From Pseudomonadota bacterium (GTDB lineage Bacteria; Pseudomonadota; Gammaproteobacteria; JAKAQQ01), in NCBI GenBank assembly GCA_027320085.1, contig DAHVLZ010000009.1:288001-352000 (forward strand): a stretch of DNA of 64,000 nt, given 5' to 3'. Shown in pieces: positions 38,346 to 48,983 of this stretch (within the stretch, counting starts at the first letter, position 1; every line of letters starts with the position of its first letter). The notes below the pieces were generated by a model. The model saw nothing but the letters and a program-made list of their open reading frames with translations. It was not told the DNA's origin and did no database searches. The translations under genes and the position numbers were made by a program.

Positions 38346-39512
38346 TTATAATCGCTCGCTTTCATCGCACTGGATCCAACCCGCCCACGATGGGGCCTTC
38401 CCCTTCGTGCACATCATGACCCGAAACAGTTCACCAGCTTCCTCTGGATTGGTCAATCGCAACATGTCCTGAATCCATGTCCAGTGCTCTTGCTCGGCGG
38501 GATTTTCCTCCCAGCCTTGGGCTGCCAGTACAAAGGGGGCCAGCCGGGCAAAACCGTCCAAGTCCCAGCCTGCACCTTCGAATGCCTCTGCCAATGCTGT
38601 GAAATCCACCATTGCGGTGATGTCTTGCACTCCAGGCGCGTAGAGAGGATCCGCATAGGTTCGGTGCTGCAGATAGCAGGCGAGTGTGCCGTGGTATCGC
38701 TCTGGATGGTAATAAAGACGTCGGGGGTATCCGTAGTCAATCACGATTGCGCAACCCTCACGGCAGTTTTTGAGTAACGCCCTGAGACGTGTGTCGAGCG
38801 AGAGATTCCATTCCGTTCGGTAAGGAACTGGGAAAGGTCCATATTGGGATTCCAGATTTTCGAGCATGTGCTGGGTTCCGGGCCTCACCGGTAGTGCTTG
38901 CCACGAGAGGGTCTGGCCCCTGACTTTGACTCCCCATTCAAACCACCCGGATGCTGCTTTTTCCACTAGGGCAACCGGCCAGGCATCAATGATTTCGTTT
39001 AGGATCACCAGACCAGACCACTCCTCCGCAGGAAGCTGAACCTGCCACTCAGGTGTCCGGACACCGGAATGTTGGTCTCGGGACCAGAGTGCTGCCTGTC
39101 TTTTCGTTTGGGTTGGGCTAGGTTCAATCAATAGATGCTGATCAGGCACACATTCCAAACGTAACAATTCGTGAGACATGGCGTGTGATAATCGACCGGT
39201 GCCTGGCCCAACCTCAATGAGCGTCGGGGGCAGACCCGCATGGATCAGGTCGGCTGCAACTGATGCCAGTGTCCGTGCGAAGAGTGTTGTCGATTCGGGC
39301 AGGGTCACAAAATCACCAGCTGAACCGATCGTTTCTGAAGCTGTCCGGTAATATCCGAAGCGGGTATCGTAGAGGACGAAGTCCATATAACGATCGAAAT
39401 AGATCGCCCCCTGCACTGTCTCCATTTGCCGAAGGGCTTGCCGTGTCTCGGCGCATCGGTGGGCCTGTGGCTCAGTGAGTTCGGGCAGGGGGATCGCAAT
39501 TTCGGTTTTCAT
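38346..39512 (-). CDS. MidA/NDUFAF7-family SAM-dependent methyltransferase
   Basis: GYY..GDFVT, EVGPGTGRL, NEIIDAWP, IDYG, PGVQDITAMVDF. Confidence 0.9.
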   Translation of the reverse strand: MKTEIAIPLPELTEPQAHRCAETRQALRQMETVQGAIYFDRYMDFVLYDTRFGYYRTASETIGSAGDFVTLPESTTLFARTLASVAADLIHAGLPPTLIEVGPGTGRLSHAMSHELLRLECVPDQHLLIEPSPTQTKRQAALWSRDQHSGVRTPEWQVQLPAEEWSGLVILNEIIDAWPVALVEKAASGWFEWGVKVRGQTLSWQALPVRPGTQHMLENLESQYGPFPVPYRTEWNLSLDTRLRALLKNCREGCAIVIDYGYPRRLYYHPERYHGTLACYLQHRTYADPLYAPGVQDITAMVDFTALAEAFEGAGWDLDGFARLAPFVLAAQGWEENPAEQEHWTWIQDMLRLTNPEEAGELFRVMMCTKGKAPSWAGWIQCDESERL

Positions 39513-39643
39513 TGGAGAAAATACTACCCAGATCCAGGGCGTCGTGCAAAAAATGCTTGCGGACGGGTTGCGGTAACTTAATGGCCGTTTCGGTTTTATG
39601 TCAGGATGCGTTATGCTAGCGTCCAATGGTTAGCATCTGGCGT

Positions 39644-40408
39644 ATGTCGCCCGTCGTCCCTGTACCTGTTCAGACTGAAGGCCAGGTTGCCCTGATCACT
39701 GGAGCAGGGCGTCGGATTGGTGCTGCCATCGCTCGAACTCTCCACAGTGCAGAGGTGCGCATCATCCTGCATTACCACCACTCTGAAACCGAGGCACGGG
39801 AACTCGCCGACCAATTGAATAAGATCCGTCCAGACTCAGCACGAACACTAAAGGCCAATCTTCTTGAGACTGCTGAACTGAGTGACATGGCCGCGACCGC
39901 TTTGTCGTTCTGGTCTCGTCTTGACATATTGATCAATAACGCCTCCAGCTTTTATCCAACTCCACTGGCATCTCTGTCCGAGGAGGCCTGGGATGATCTA
40001 ATGGGAACCAATCTCAAGGCCCCACTCTTCCTGATCCGTGCAACGGCGGATGCCCTGAAGGCACAGCACGGATCCATTGTCAATCTAGTTGATATCCACG
40101 CTCGTAAACCACTCCGCGGCCATCTCATCTACGGAGCGGCCAAAGCTGGCCTCGAAATGCTGACACGTGCCCTTGCACGTGAGCTTGCACCCGAGGTACG
40201 AGTCAATGCAGTGGCTCCGGGTACCATCTTGTGGCAGGAAAGCGGCGTCCCGGAATCCGTGCAACGTAAAATCCTCACCCGCGTGCCACTCAAGCGTATG
40301 GGATCGGTGGATGATATCGCAAAAGCGGTGCTATTCCTTGTCCGGGACGCACCCTATGTGACCGGCGCAGTGATTCCTGTTGACGGAGGACGGAGCATCG
40401 GCAGTTGA
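39644..40408 (+). CDS. folM: Pteridine reductase (FolM/PTR1-like SDR)
   Basis: TGAGRRIG, NNASSFYPT, YGAAK, RVNAVAPG. Confidence 0.9.
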   Translation: MSPVVPVPVQTEGQVALITGAGRRIGAAIARTLHSAEVRIILHYHHSETEARELADQLNKIRPDSARTLKANLLETAELSDMAATALSFWSRLDILINNASSFYPTPLASLSEEAWDDLMGTNLKAPLFLIRATADALKAQHGSIVNLVDIHARKPLRGHLIYGAAKAGLEMLTRALARELAPEVRVNAVAPGTILWQESGVPESVQRKILTRVPLKRMGSVDDIAKAVLFLVRDAPYVTGAVIPVDGGRSIGS

Positions 40409-40768
40409 TTCGGGATCGGCCTCGCGTTCGATGATGACCCCAACCCGATCCGCACCACGAACTGCACCGGGCTTTTCGAGTACCACCTGTACGGCCTGTA
40501 CCGGATATTCGGTGAGGACGAGAGCCGCCACGGCTTCCGCCACGGTTTCTATCAGGGCAAAGGAGCGATTGTGGATCATTGCCTGGATGCGCTCGGCAAC
40601 GGAGCGATAGTCAACCGTCTCTTCGATCCTCCCACTCCGAGCTGAAACTGAGAGTTTGATTGTCATCTCAAGATGGAGAACGAGTCGTTGGCGCAGGGGT
40701 TTTTCGTAGGCATGGATACCAATCTGGGTTTCCAGGCAAAGCCCGTGGATAAATACTCGGTCAGGCAT
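40331..40768 (-). CDS. folB: Dihydroneopterin aldolase
   Basis: DRVFIHGL..IGIHAYEK..TVDY..LIETVAE..KPGA..VGVIIER. Confidence 0.94.
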   Translation of the reverse strand: MPDRVFIHGLCLETQIGIHAYEKPLRQRLVLHLEMTIKLSVSARSGRIEETVDYRSVAERIQAMIHNRSFALIETVAEAVAALVLTEYPVQAVQVVLEKPGAVRGADRVGVIIEREADPESTADAPSSVNRNHCAGHIGCVPDKE

Positions 40769-41807
40769 GGATCTGCCTCACCCCAAGGCATCGACGGGGT
40801 GGCCTGACAGACTCGAGCGGCCAGCGTGTCCGGACGTGCTCGTCGGTTGTTGTTTGTTCGCCAGCCAGCCATCGGAGCCAAGCGACATGAGCAACCATGG
40901 CTGCATTATCGGTGCAGAACTCAAGGGGAGGGAAATACACACGGACCCCGGTGCCTTGGGAGCGCCGGTCAAGTGAGCTGCGGAGCCGTTGGTTGGCACT
41001 GACTCCTCCCGCGACGACCAACTTTGATGCACCGGTCTTCTCGAGAGCCCGCCAAGATTTTTCGACCAAAACCTCGGTAATGGCGGTCTCGAAGGCTGCG
41101 GCGAGGTCAGCACGATCCTGACTGGTCGGATCCTCAATTTGGCGGAGTGCGTAAAGGACCGCCGTCTTGAGACCGCTAAAACTCATCTCGCAGCCAGGTT
41201 GGGAGAGCATCGGGCGTGGTAACCGGAAACGAGTGAGGCATCCCGTCTCGGCTAATCTGGCCAGCGCAGGCCCTCCAGGGTAGGGCAGTCCAAGCAATTG
41301 GGCAACCTTGTCGAACGCTTCCCCTGCCGCATCATCACGGGTTGCCCCGAGAAGCGCATAGCGACCCAATCCATCCACCTGGACAAGCTCCGTATGACCT
41401 CCCGAAACCAGAAGTGCTACAAACGGCGGCTCGGGTGGATCTGATCCAAGCCCGGCGGAGAAGAGGTGGGCTTCGAGATGATGAATACCAATCAGGGGGA
41501 TCCCCAAGGCAAACGCCAAACCACGGCCGAAGGCCTGACCTACATGCAGGGCGCCCGGGAGTCCAGGACCTTGGGTGACTGCCAGAGCCGAGAGATCACC
41601 CGTGGATAAGCCCGTCTGTTCGAGCAGGCTCTCCACGAGGGGCAAGAGGTATCGGCCGTGGTCCCTGGAAGCCAACTCCGGAACCACTCCACCATAACGG
41701 GCGTGAACGGCCACTTGGCTGTGCACGAGGTGACCTTTGAGCCCATCACTGCCATAAAGCGCAACAGCGGTTTCGTCGCAGGACGTTTCTAGGGCTAGAA
41801 GGTACAC
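40761..41807 (-). CDS. tsaD: tRNA N6-threonylcarbamoyltransferase
   Basis: ETSCDET, GGVVPELASRDH, HHLEAH, LLVSGGHT, DDAAGEAFDK, DNAAM. Confidence 0.97.
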   Translation of the reverse strand: MYLLALETSCDETAVALYGSDGLKGHLVHSQVAVHARYGGVVPELASRDHGRYLLPLVESLLEQTGLSTGDLSALAVTQGPGLPGALHVGQAFGRGLAFALGIPLIGIHHLEAHLFSAGLGSDPPEPPFVALLVSGGHTELVQVDGLGRYALLGATRDDAAGEAFDKVAQLLGLPYPGGPALARLAETGCLTRFRLPRPMLSQPGCEMSFSGLKTAVLYALRQIEDPTSQDRADLAAAFETAITEVLVEKSWRALEKTGASKLVVAGGVSANQRLRSSLDRRSQGTGVRVYFPPLEFCTDNAAMVAHVAWLRWLAGEQTTTDEHVRTRWPLESVRPPRRCLGVRQIHA

Positions 41808-41891
41808 GGGGGTCTTGGCTTCGTGGATATTCTCGGGTAAAATACCACGTTCACCTTGAGACAGTGCCAACGAGGAGAAACCCCAAACCCC

Positions 41892-42107
41892 ATGCCGACC
41901 ATCCGCGTCAAAGAAAACGAGCATTTCGACGCCGCTCTGCGGCGTTTCAAACGAGCCTGTGAAAAGGCCGGAATTCTCTCAGAACTCCGGCGGCGGGAGT
42001 TTTACGAGAAACCAACCCAAGAACGCAAGCGGCGTCGTGCGGCTGCCGTCAAGCGTTACATCAAGAAAAATGCCCGCGATAGTGTTCGGGCCCTTCGCGC
42101 ACACTAA
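41892..42107 (+). CDS. rpsU: 30S ribosomal protein S21
   Basis: [35 protein letters not shown]. Confidence 0.98.
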   Translation: MPTIRVKENEHFDAALRRFKRACEKAGILSELRRREFYEKPTQERKRRRAAAVKRYIKKNARDSVRALRAH

Positions 42108-42115
42108 ATCCAGGC

Positions 42116-42562
42116 ATGCCCATCACGTCTCAGCTGACCGACGATATCAAAAAGGCGCTGAAGTCTCGGGATACCATCCGCCTCGATACACTTCGCTATG
42201 CCTTGGCAGCCATCCGCCGTCGCGAGGTCGACGAACGGAGGAGCCTAGAGGATGCCGAAGTGATCCAAGTCCTGACCAAGCTTGTCCATCAGCATGAAGA
42301 ATCGGCGGCGGCTTTTCGCAAGGCCGGCCGTGAACGGGAAACTCAGGCCGCAGAAGAGGAAATCCGGGTGGTCTCTACCTACCTCCCTCCCCGGCTGGAG
42401 GGAGCCGAACTTCTGGCCGTGATTGACCGAGTCATCACTGAAACCCATGCGCAAAAGCCCCAAGACATCGGCCGCGTGATGGGCCGGCTCAAAGTGGAGC
42501 TTGCCGGCCGAGCAGATCTGGCCCAGGTCAGTGCCAAGGTCAAAGCCCGGCTGACTGGCTAG
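42116..42562 (+). CDS. GatB/YqeY domain protein
   Basis: DIKKALKSRD, YLPPRL, DIGRVMG..GRAD; canonical position between rpsU and dnaG. Confidence 0.93.
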   Translation: MPITSQLTDDIKKALKSRDTIRLDTLRYALAAIRRREVDERRSLEDAEVIQVLTKLVHQHEESAAAFRKAGRERETQAAEEEIRVVSTYLPPRLEGAELLAVIDRVITETHAQKPQDIGRVMGRLKVELAGRADLAQVSAKVKARLTG

Positions 42563-42587
42563 CCTTCTCCAACATCGACTTCAGGGA

Positions 42588-44309
42588 ATGAATCCGGGAC
42601 GCATCCCTCAAGCTTTCATTGATGATCTGCTGGCGCGGATTGATCTCGTTGCACTTGTGGGTGAACGGGTTACGCTCAAGAAAACCGGCCGTGATTTCAC
42701 GGGCCGCTGTCCGTTCCACGAGGAACGGACGCCGTCCTTCACAGTCAGCCCGGGAAAGCAGTTTTATCACTGCTTTGGTTGTGGTGCACATGGAAGTGCG
42801 ATCGGATTCCTTATGGCCTATGACCGCTCAAGTTTTCCGGAAGCAGTCGAGGCGCTCGCTGCCCGCCTAGGCCTCGAAATACCAGATCGCAATGCGGCGG
42901 ATACGGATCCCCACCGTTCGGCTGCACTATCTTTGACCGAAGAGGTAGCCCGCGAGTATGAAGCCGCACTTGCCACCTCAGGTAACGCCCGTCGCTATCT
43001 CAACGAGCGCGGAGTTCGCCCGGAAACAGCCCGGCGGTTCCGCCTAGGATACGCCCCCCCGGGTTCCTCACTTTTCAATCGCTGGAAAACCGACGTCGAG
43101 CGGACCCGCCTTCTCAAACTCCTTGGCCTGATATCCGAGCGTGGAGACCGGTTCCGCAACCGGCTCATGTTCCCGATCCGGAACTTGCGCGGTGAAGTCA
43201 TTGGCTTCGGAGGCCGCACACTGGGCGAAGAAACCCCGAAGTACCTGAACACGCCGGAATCCCTCCTTTTCCACAAAGGGCGGGAACTTTACGGATGGTA
43301 TGAAGCCCGTCAAAAACCAGACCGCCCCGACCGGCTGATTCTGGTCGAGGGATATCTGGATGCCATAACCTTGTCGCAGGCTGGTTTTCCTGAAACAGTG
43401 GCTACTCTGGGGACTTCGCTCACAACCGACCAACTGCAAAAAATGGTTCGCCATACTCCGGAAATCGTCTTCTGCTTTGACGGGGACACCGCGGGTCGGC
43501 GTGCCTCGTACCGGACCCTCGAACTCGTCCTACCCCTGGCCCGTGCTGGACGTCGTTTCAGGTTTGTCGGGCTTCCGGCGAACCAGGATCCCGACAGTTT
43601 TATCCGGGAGGCGGGTACGGATGGGTTCCATGTGCGTCTTGAACGGGGGCACCAACTGTCGGAATCGGTGCGATATGCGCTCGAGAAGCGCTTCGCGGGG
43701 AGTGGAGTTGAAACTCGTGCCAGTTTGGCGGCAGAAACCCAGCGGCTTCTTCTGCTAATCGAAGATCCTGTCTATCGTGAACTGTTACGGGAAGAACTTG
43801 CCCGTTACTTCAAACTGGATCAAGTACTTCCTCGGCCAGCTGCGAAAGTGCGGTCGGAGAGCAAGCCCCAGAAACCGGACTCACGGGTCCCAGTTGGACG
43901 TGGTGGGATTGTGCGACAGCTGTTCCTGCATCTCTTGCACCAACCCGACCTCATTGCCCTACTGCCTGCTGAGGCTGAACTTGACGAAATAGACCTGCCC
44001 GGTCTTGAACACGTGAAAAACCTCCAAACGGCCTCTAAAAGTCACGAAAATCTCACGACTGGCCGGTTGCTTGAAATTTTCCGGGACAGCCCAACCGGTA
44101 CCCTCATAGAAAGGCTTTTGGGGCAAGGCCCTCTCCTTGATGCCGAGGCCAATCGGACCGAAACACTGGGACTGATCGCCAGGATCCGGGCACAAGCCAC
44201 AACCCAGAAGCGCTTGAAGGCCCTCCTCGACCTGTCACGGACGAGAACACTCTCAAGCGAAGAAAAAAAGGAAATTCAGTTACTTGAGTCGAATCTGAAG
44301 GTTTCCTAG
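42588..44309 (+). CDS. dnaG: DNA primase
   Basis: CPFHEERTPSF..CFGC zinc finger, RFRNRLMFPI, PKYLNTPE, VEGYLD, FDGDTAG, DPD. Confidence 0.98.
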   Translation: MNPGRIPQAFIDDLLARIDLVALVGERVTLKKTGRDFTGRCPFHEERTPSFTVSPGKQFYHCFGCGAHGSAIGFLMAYDRSSFPEAVEALAARLGLEIPDRNAADTDPHRSAALSLTEEVAREYEAALATSGNARRYLNERGVRPETARRFRLGYAPPGSSLFNRWKTDVERTRLLKLLGLISERGDRFRNRLMFPIRNLRGEVIGFGGRTLGEETPKYLNTPESLLFHKGRELYGWYEARQKPDRPDRLILVEGYLDAITLSQAGFPETVATLGTSLTTDQLQKMVRHTPEIVFCFDGDTAGRRASYRTLELVLPLARAGRRFRFVGLPANQDPDSFIREAGTDGFHVRLERGHQLSESVRYALEKRFAGSGVETRASLAAETQRLLLLIEDPVYRELLREELARYFKLDQVLPRPAAKVRSESKPQKPDSRVPVGRGGIVRQLFLHLLHQPDLIALLPAEAELDEIDLPGLEHVKNLQTASKSHENLTTGRLLEIFRDSPTGTLIERLLGQGPLLDAEANRTETLGLIARIRAQATTQKRLKALLDLSRTRTLSSEEKKEIQLLESNLKVS

Positions 44310-44425
44310 CCGTTATTTTGATTGGGCGTGGGGCCGTGGGTCAGTCGAACCGGATGGATGGGTTATAATTAGCAGTTCCACCCGGCCTCCGGGTTAGCCA
44401 TCTCAACCTTCAGGTATCCCCGCCC

Positions 44426-46297
44426 ATGAGTGAGAGTGAAGACCGGAATATCCAACTCCGCCAGCTCATCGCCAAAGGCAAGGAGCAGGGCTATCTGACC
44501 TACAGCGAGGTCAACGATTTCCTTCCCCGGGATATTGTCGACGCTGAACAACTCGATGAAATTATTTCGGTTATCAATGATATGGGAATCATGGTCCATG
44601 ATTCCCCCCCTGACGCAGCTCTTGAACTCCTTCTCCTATCTGACCATCAGGTCAACGAGGACGACGAGGCCATGGAAGAGGCGGCAGCCGCGTTGGCATC
44701 GGTCGATTCAGCGTATGGCCGAACCACTGATCCCGTTCGCATGTACATGCGTGAGATGGGCCAAGTCGATCTCCTGACCCGCGAAGGGGAGATCGGGATT
44801 GCGAAACGCATTGAGGAAGGCCTGAACCAGAAATACGCGGCCCTCGCTAAATTTCCCGGGGCCATCAGCCGCTTCATCGAGGAATACCGGCAAGTCGAGG
44901 CAAACCAGATCAAACTCGGAGAGCTGATCCAGGGGTTCCGGGATCCCGTGAGTGGGGCCCCCCTGTCCGACGATCATGCGGAACCCATTCCGCTTATGGA
45001 GATCGGTATTGAACCTGCCGGTCCCAGTGATGAGACGGATGAGGAAGACCTGGATCCGGGTGTCTCAGAAGATGACCTTCCGGTCCTCGGCCCCAACCCC
45101 GAGCTTGCAGCCGAAATGGTCCGCCGAATCGAGAAGGCCCACCTCCGATCCTCGCGCGCCCTGGCCAAAAAGCGCGACGAACGCTCGCTGCGGACACTCG
45201 CCCAAACCGCACTCGAACTACAGCGTTTGCGACTCACTCCCAGAACCATGGATATTTTGACACGCAGTCTCAGGGAAACCATCAATACAATCCGTCAAAT
45301 TGAACGGGAGATCATGCGGTTTTGTGTCGACCAGGCAGGAATGCCCAAGCGGGATTTTATAAAGACATTCCCGCAGCGCGAAACCGCGCTCAACTGGATC
45401 GATCCCCACATTCGCGCCAAGCGTAAATGGTCGACGGCACTGCGAGTGGTCCGCCCGGAAGTCCACAAACTGCAAGAACAGCTGATCACACTGGAAGAGA
45501 CCTATCACCTCAAGATTGCTGATATCAAGGAGATTTATCGGCAGATGATGATGGGAGAAACCAAAGCCAGACGGGCCAAAAAGGAAATGGTAGAGGCCAA
45601 CCTGCGCCTCGTGATTTCAATCGCAAAGAAGTACACGAACCGAGGACTCCAGTTCTTGGATCTGATCCAGGAAGGCAATATCGGACTGATGAAGGCTGTC
45701 GACAAATTCGAGTATCGACGCGGGTATAAATTCTCGACCTACGCGACTTGGTGGATCCGTCAGGCCATCACACGGTCCATCGCGGACCAGGCCCGGACCA
45801 TCCGTATCCCAGTTCACATGATTGAGACGATCAACAAACTCAACCGGATATCCCGTCAGTTACTTCAGGAAAAAGGTCGCGAACCTACTCCGGAAGAATT
45901 GGCCAAACGTATGGATATGCCGGAGGACAAGGTTCGAAAAGTGATGCGAATTGCCAAGGAACCAATCTCCATGGAAACCCCGGTAAGTGACGACGAGGAC
46001 TCCCACCTGGGGGATTTCATTGAGGATGTCAATATGCCTGCTCCGATCGAACAGGCAACAACGGACAGTCTCCGCAACACGACCCACTCCGTGCTGGCGA
46101 CCCTCACACCGCGCGAAGCCAAGGTACTCAGGATGCGCTTCGGAATTGATATGAATACCGACCATACACTTGAGGAAGTGGGGCGGCAGTTCGACGTCAC
46201 ACGCGAGCGGATCCGGCAGATTGAAGCCAAGGCTCTCAGGAAACTCAGGCACCCCTCTCGGGCATCGCGCCTGAAAAGCTTCATCGAAGAGTTTTGA
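44426..46297 (+). CDS. rpoD: RNA polymerase sigma-70 factor
   Basis: [55 protein letters not shown]. Confidence 0.99.
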   Translation: MSESEDRNIQLRQLIAKGKEQGYLTYSEVNDFLPRDIVDAEQLDEIISVINDMGIMVHDSPPDAALELLLLSDHQVNEDDEAMEEAAAALASVDSAYGRTTDPVRMYMREMGQVDLLTREGEIGIAKRIEEGLNQKYAALAKFPGAISRFIEEYRQVEANQIKLGELIQGFRDPVSGAPLSDDHAEPIPLMEIGIEPAGPSDETDEEDLDPGVSEDDLPVLGPNPELAAEMVRRIEKAHLRSSRALAKKRDERSLRTLAQTALELQRLRLTPRTMDILTRSLRETINTIRQIEREIMRFCVDQAGMPKRDFIKTFPQRETALNWIDPHIRAKRKWSTALRVVRPEVHKLQEQLITLEETYHLKIADIKEIYRQMMMGETKARRAKKEMVEANLRLVISIAKKYTNRGLQFLDLIQEGNIGLMKAVDKFEYRRGYKFSTYATWWIRQAITRSIADQARTIRIPVHMIETINKLNRISRQLLQEKGREPTPEELAKRMDMPEDKVRKVMRIAKEPISMETPVSDDEDSHLGDFIEDVNMPAPIEQATTDSLRNTTHSVLATLTPREAKVLRMRFGIDMNTDHTLEEVGRQFDVTRERIRQIEAKALRKLRHPSRASRLKSFIEEF

Positions 46298-46317
46298 GGC
46301 TGACCTGACCGATTCAG

Positions 46318-47004
46318 TTGCCCAGAGCGTGCCTAACGAACCCTGATCAGTGGACGGGAATCCTCTTCCCCGAGCCGGGTGTTGCCCGGCCTGGCTCTCT
46401 TGCTATACGGGAGGGGGCCGTCCTCTTCCCAGGTATGGCGGTCAAACCCAGCGACCTCCTGATGGAAGCGATTCTTGCGATCCTGGCACAAGCTCCGTTC
46501 CGTTGCATGAAGACCCCGGGGGGGCGGCGCATGTCGGTTGCCATGAGCAACTGCGGAACAACCGGGTGGATCAGCGACCGAAGGGGCTACCGGTATACAG
46601 ACCGAGATCCCCTGACGGGCAAGGCATGGCCACCTCTACCGGATAGCTTCCGAGATCTGGCAGACGCGGCCGCTCATCGTGCTGGTTTCCAGGGCTTTTG
46701 CCCCGATGTCTGTCTCATTAATGGCTACAAACCAGGGAGCAGCCTTTCTCTCCATCAGGATCGTGATGAGAAGGATGGATCCGCACCGATCGTTTCAGTC
46801 TCACTCGGACTGCCCGCGTCCTTCCTCTTCGGAGGTCTACAAAGAAATGATCCGGTGATGCGCATTCCCCTCTACCATGGGGATGTTTTGGTTTGGGGAG
46901 GTCCCTTTCGGTATGCATTTCACGGCATCGCACGACTGGCTTCTGGTCACCATCCCCTGACCGGCCCCATGCGCATCAACCTGACCTTCCGAAAGGCACT
47001 CTGA
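46318..47004 (+). CDS. alkB: Alpha-ketoglutarate-dependent dioxygenase AlkB (start uncertain)
   Basis: TPGG..MSVAMSNCG..GW, LHQDRDE, IVSVSLG, FHGI, RINLTFR. Confidence 0.95.
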   Translation: MPRACLTNPDQWTGILFPEPGVARPGSLAIREGAVLFPGMAVKPSDLLMEAILAILAQAPFRCMKTPGGRRMSVAMSNCGTTGWISDRRGYRYTDRDPLTGKAWPPLPDSFRDLADAAAHRAGFQGFCPDVCLINGYKPGSSLSLHQDRDEKDGSAPIVSVSLGLPASFLFGGLQRNDPVMRIPLYHGDVLVWGGPFRYAFHGIARLASGHHPLTGPMRINLTFRKAL

Positions 47005-47079
47005 CGGCGAGCCGGAACACCACTTCGAATGATCTCCCGGAAGGGTGGGGTCTGCCCCGGGTTCAGTTGTATCTCCAAA

Positions 47080-48261
47080 CTAAAACATGAAACCGGTTTC
47101 AAAAAGGACCCGGGCCTGATTCGTACTGTCTCCGTGAGGGCCAAAAATGTTGCCCGATACCCCATCAAGAACGTTCACAAAGGAAAATTCGGCTCGGGCA
47201 AAAAACCCCCTATCCTGCCAAGTGGGCGTGAGAGTCAGGGACCAAGCCCTGCTCCCAGGACCATACAGGAGATTCGCGGCTCCATCGCGGACATTCCCGG
47301 TGCTGGCGATGTATTCGACACGGGCGGCCAAAGAAAAACAGGGAGCAATCCGGTTGCTCGCAAGCAAGGCAATACCCCGGGTTGCGGTTCCCCGGCTGAC
47401 ACCGATCGATAGATTCCTTGGGACAAACGTGTACTGGAAATAAGGCTGGATAACCCATGATCTCGAGCTATACGTATAGACCACGCTATAGAGGTCGCTA
47501 TTGTTCTGATCCAACGGAGTCGCCGGACTGGAATAAACCGTCTGTCCGACATGACCCATCGCGACAAAACTCAGGCTACTCGCCGGATTGATGGTGTAGG
47601 AAAGCTCGCCCGAGATCCAATTGTATCGGTTCGAATAAAACCCATCGCCCCATTGTAGCGACGCGGCAAAGGATCCCACACTATAGTTGAGCTGGACTCC
47701 GCGTTCGATCGCGTTCTCTTGGTTCCAGAGCAGGCCGCGCTCAATATTCATGTTTTCAAAAGTAAAGGTGTATTCGGCGCCAATCAACGTCGGCAGCTTC
47801 CCGGCTTGAATCGAGAAATTCCGAGAAGGAACGATCTTCAGGAAGGCCTGTGGAAGAGCGCCGTAATACTCGCTGACCGTATTTCCAGTGGAGAGGGAGG
47901 GTGTCCCAAGTGTAGGTAAATTGTACGCGCCCGCCTGAAGGAAGAACTGGACCCAGCCATGAGTCTTCTGGATAAAAATCTGAGCGTTACTGATATCGGC
48001 ACGAAATGACCGATCCCCCCGAACCGTATGGTTCTGCCATACCCCGAAACCGCTCATGACGCCCGTGATATCGAGCTGACCAAGCGGACCCGCACGAAAA
48101 TGGATTGGGGCCAGTGAAGTCAAGGGACCACTCATCGGTGGCATAGGCAACGGGCTTGCCTGGGAGTAACGCGGAAGCCAAAGCAGGTTGCCAATTAGCA
48201 AAACGGGCAGGAGCTTGTACCAACCGGAGCAACGCTTGAGCCTGCTGATGGGTGTAGCCAT
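47080..48261 (-). CDS. Outer-membrane beta-barrel porin (BBP2-like) at the end of the kdp operon
   Basis: Signal-like segment, QAGKLPTLIGAE, LTLTPTW..FFARAEFS, C-terminal GFMF; starts 8 nt after the kdpC stop. Confidence 0.82.
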   Translation of the reverse strand: MATPISRLKRCSGWYKLLPVLLIGNLLWLPRYSQASPLPMPPMSGPLTSLAPIHFRAGPLGQLDITGVMSGFGVWQNHTVRGDRSFRADISNAQIFIQKTHGWVQFFLQAGAYNLPTLGTPSLSTGNTVSEYYGALPQAFLKIVPSRNFSIQAGKLPTLIGAEYTFTFENMNIERGLLWNQENAIERGVQLNYSVGSFAASLQWGDGFYSNRYNWISGELSYTINPASSLSFVAMGHVGQTVYSSPATPLDQNNSDLYSVVYTYSSRSWVIQPYFQYTFVPRNLSIGVSRGTATRGIALLASNRIAPCFSLAARVEYIASTGNVRDGAANLLYGPGSRAWSLTLTPTWQDRGFFARAEFSFVNVLDGVSGNIFGPHGDSTNQARVLFETGFMF

Positions 48262-48269
48262 GGATTCCC

Positions 48270-48968
48270 TTAGGGCAACCCGGACATCTGGGGATCCTCT
48301 TGTCGGATTTTTAGTGAACCGGCCCTTGATGATGGTTGAGGGCCCGGCGCTTTCGCTTCGCCCAATAGGGCAGCTGCCACGCTGTGGTGTACCTTGCAAT
48401 AAATACGGTACAGGGCCAAGTTGAGCCGAATCACGTTCACGACCGGCTCACCGGCAATCCCACCCAAAGAGTCGACCAGAGAACTACGGATCAGCCGTCG
48501 CAGGACATTTGGGGAGACTCCACCCGTACGCGCAACACGGGGTAACTGATAGAGCGCCGCTGCAAGGCTGATATCTGGATCGAGCCCACTCCCTGAAGAA
48601 GTCACAAGATCGACGGGAATCGGCCCCTGAACCCCGGGATCTGCCTTCCGCAGCCGCCTGATACGATCTTTGACGTGGCTTACGAGCTCGGGGTTATCCG
48701 GACCTAGATTGGAGGCGCCCGAAGCTGCCGCGTTGTCAGGAAAGGATGGAGTTGCAGAAGGTCGCCCCCAGAAATAGCGCCGCCCGCGAAAATGTTGACC
48801 GATCAGTGCGGAACCCACAACCTGCCCATGGATTTTGATCAGCGAGCCGTTCGCCTGGTGGGGGAATACGGTTTGACCGATTCCGGTCATGGTCAATGGG
48901 TAGATGCACCCGGTCAGCACGGAAAGGGCAAGGAAAAGTAGCATGGAGGACTTGAAGTCTTTTAGCAT
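48270..48968 (-). CDS. kdpC: K+-transporting ATPase subunit C
   Basis: FPHQANGSL, GSALIGQ, YFWGRPS, SGASNLGP, VTSSGSGLDPDIS. Confidence 0.97.
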   Translation of the reverse strand: MLKDFKSSMLLFLALSVLTGCIYPLTMTGIGQTVFPHQANGSLIKIHGQVVGSALIGQHFRGRRYFWGRPSATPSFPDNAAASGASNLGPDNPELVSHVKDRIRRLRKADPGVQGPIPVDLVTSSGSGLDPDISLAAALYQLPRVARTGGVSPNVLRRLIRSSLVDSLGGIAGEPVVNVIRLNLALYRIYCKVHHSVAAALLGEAKAPGPQPSSRAGSLKIRQEDPQMSGLP

Positions 48969-48983
48969 GGATGGTCACCCTTC

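Noticed and set aside
38346-39512. MidA/NDUFAF7-type methyltransferase as a partner of the PRMT-like gene
   Set aside because: It is a widespread proteobacterial gene in its usual position beside the pteridine reductase, 5.5 kb away, with no evidence of linkage.
46298-46317. tRNA gene often found after rpoD
   Set aside because: Only about 20 bp precede the alkB ORF, and no cloverleaf or T-loop is visible.
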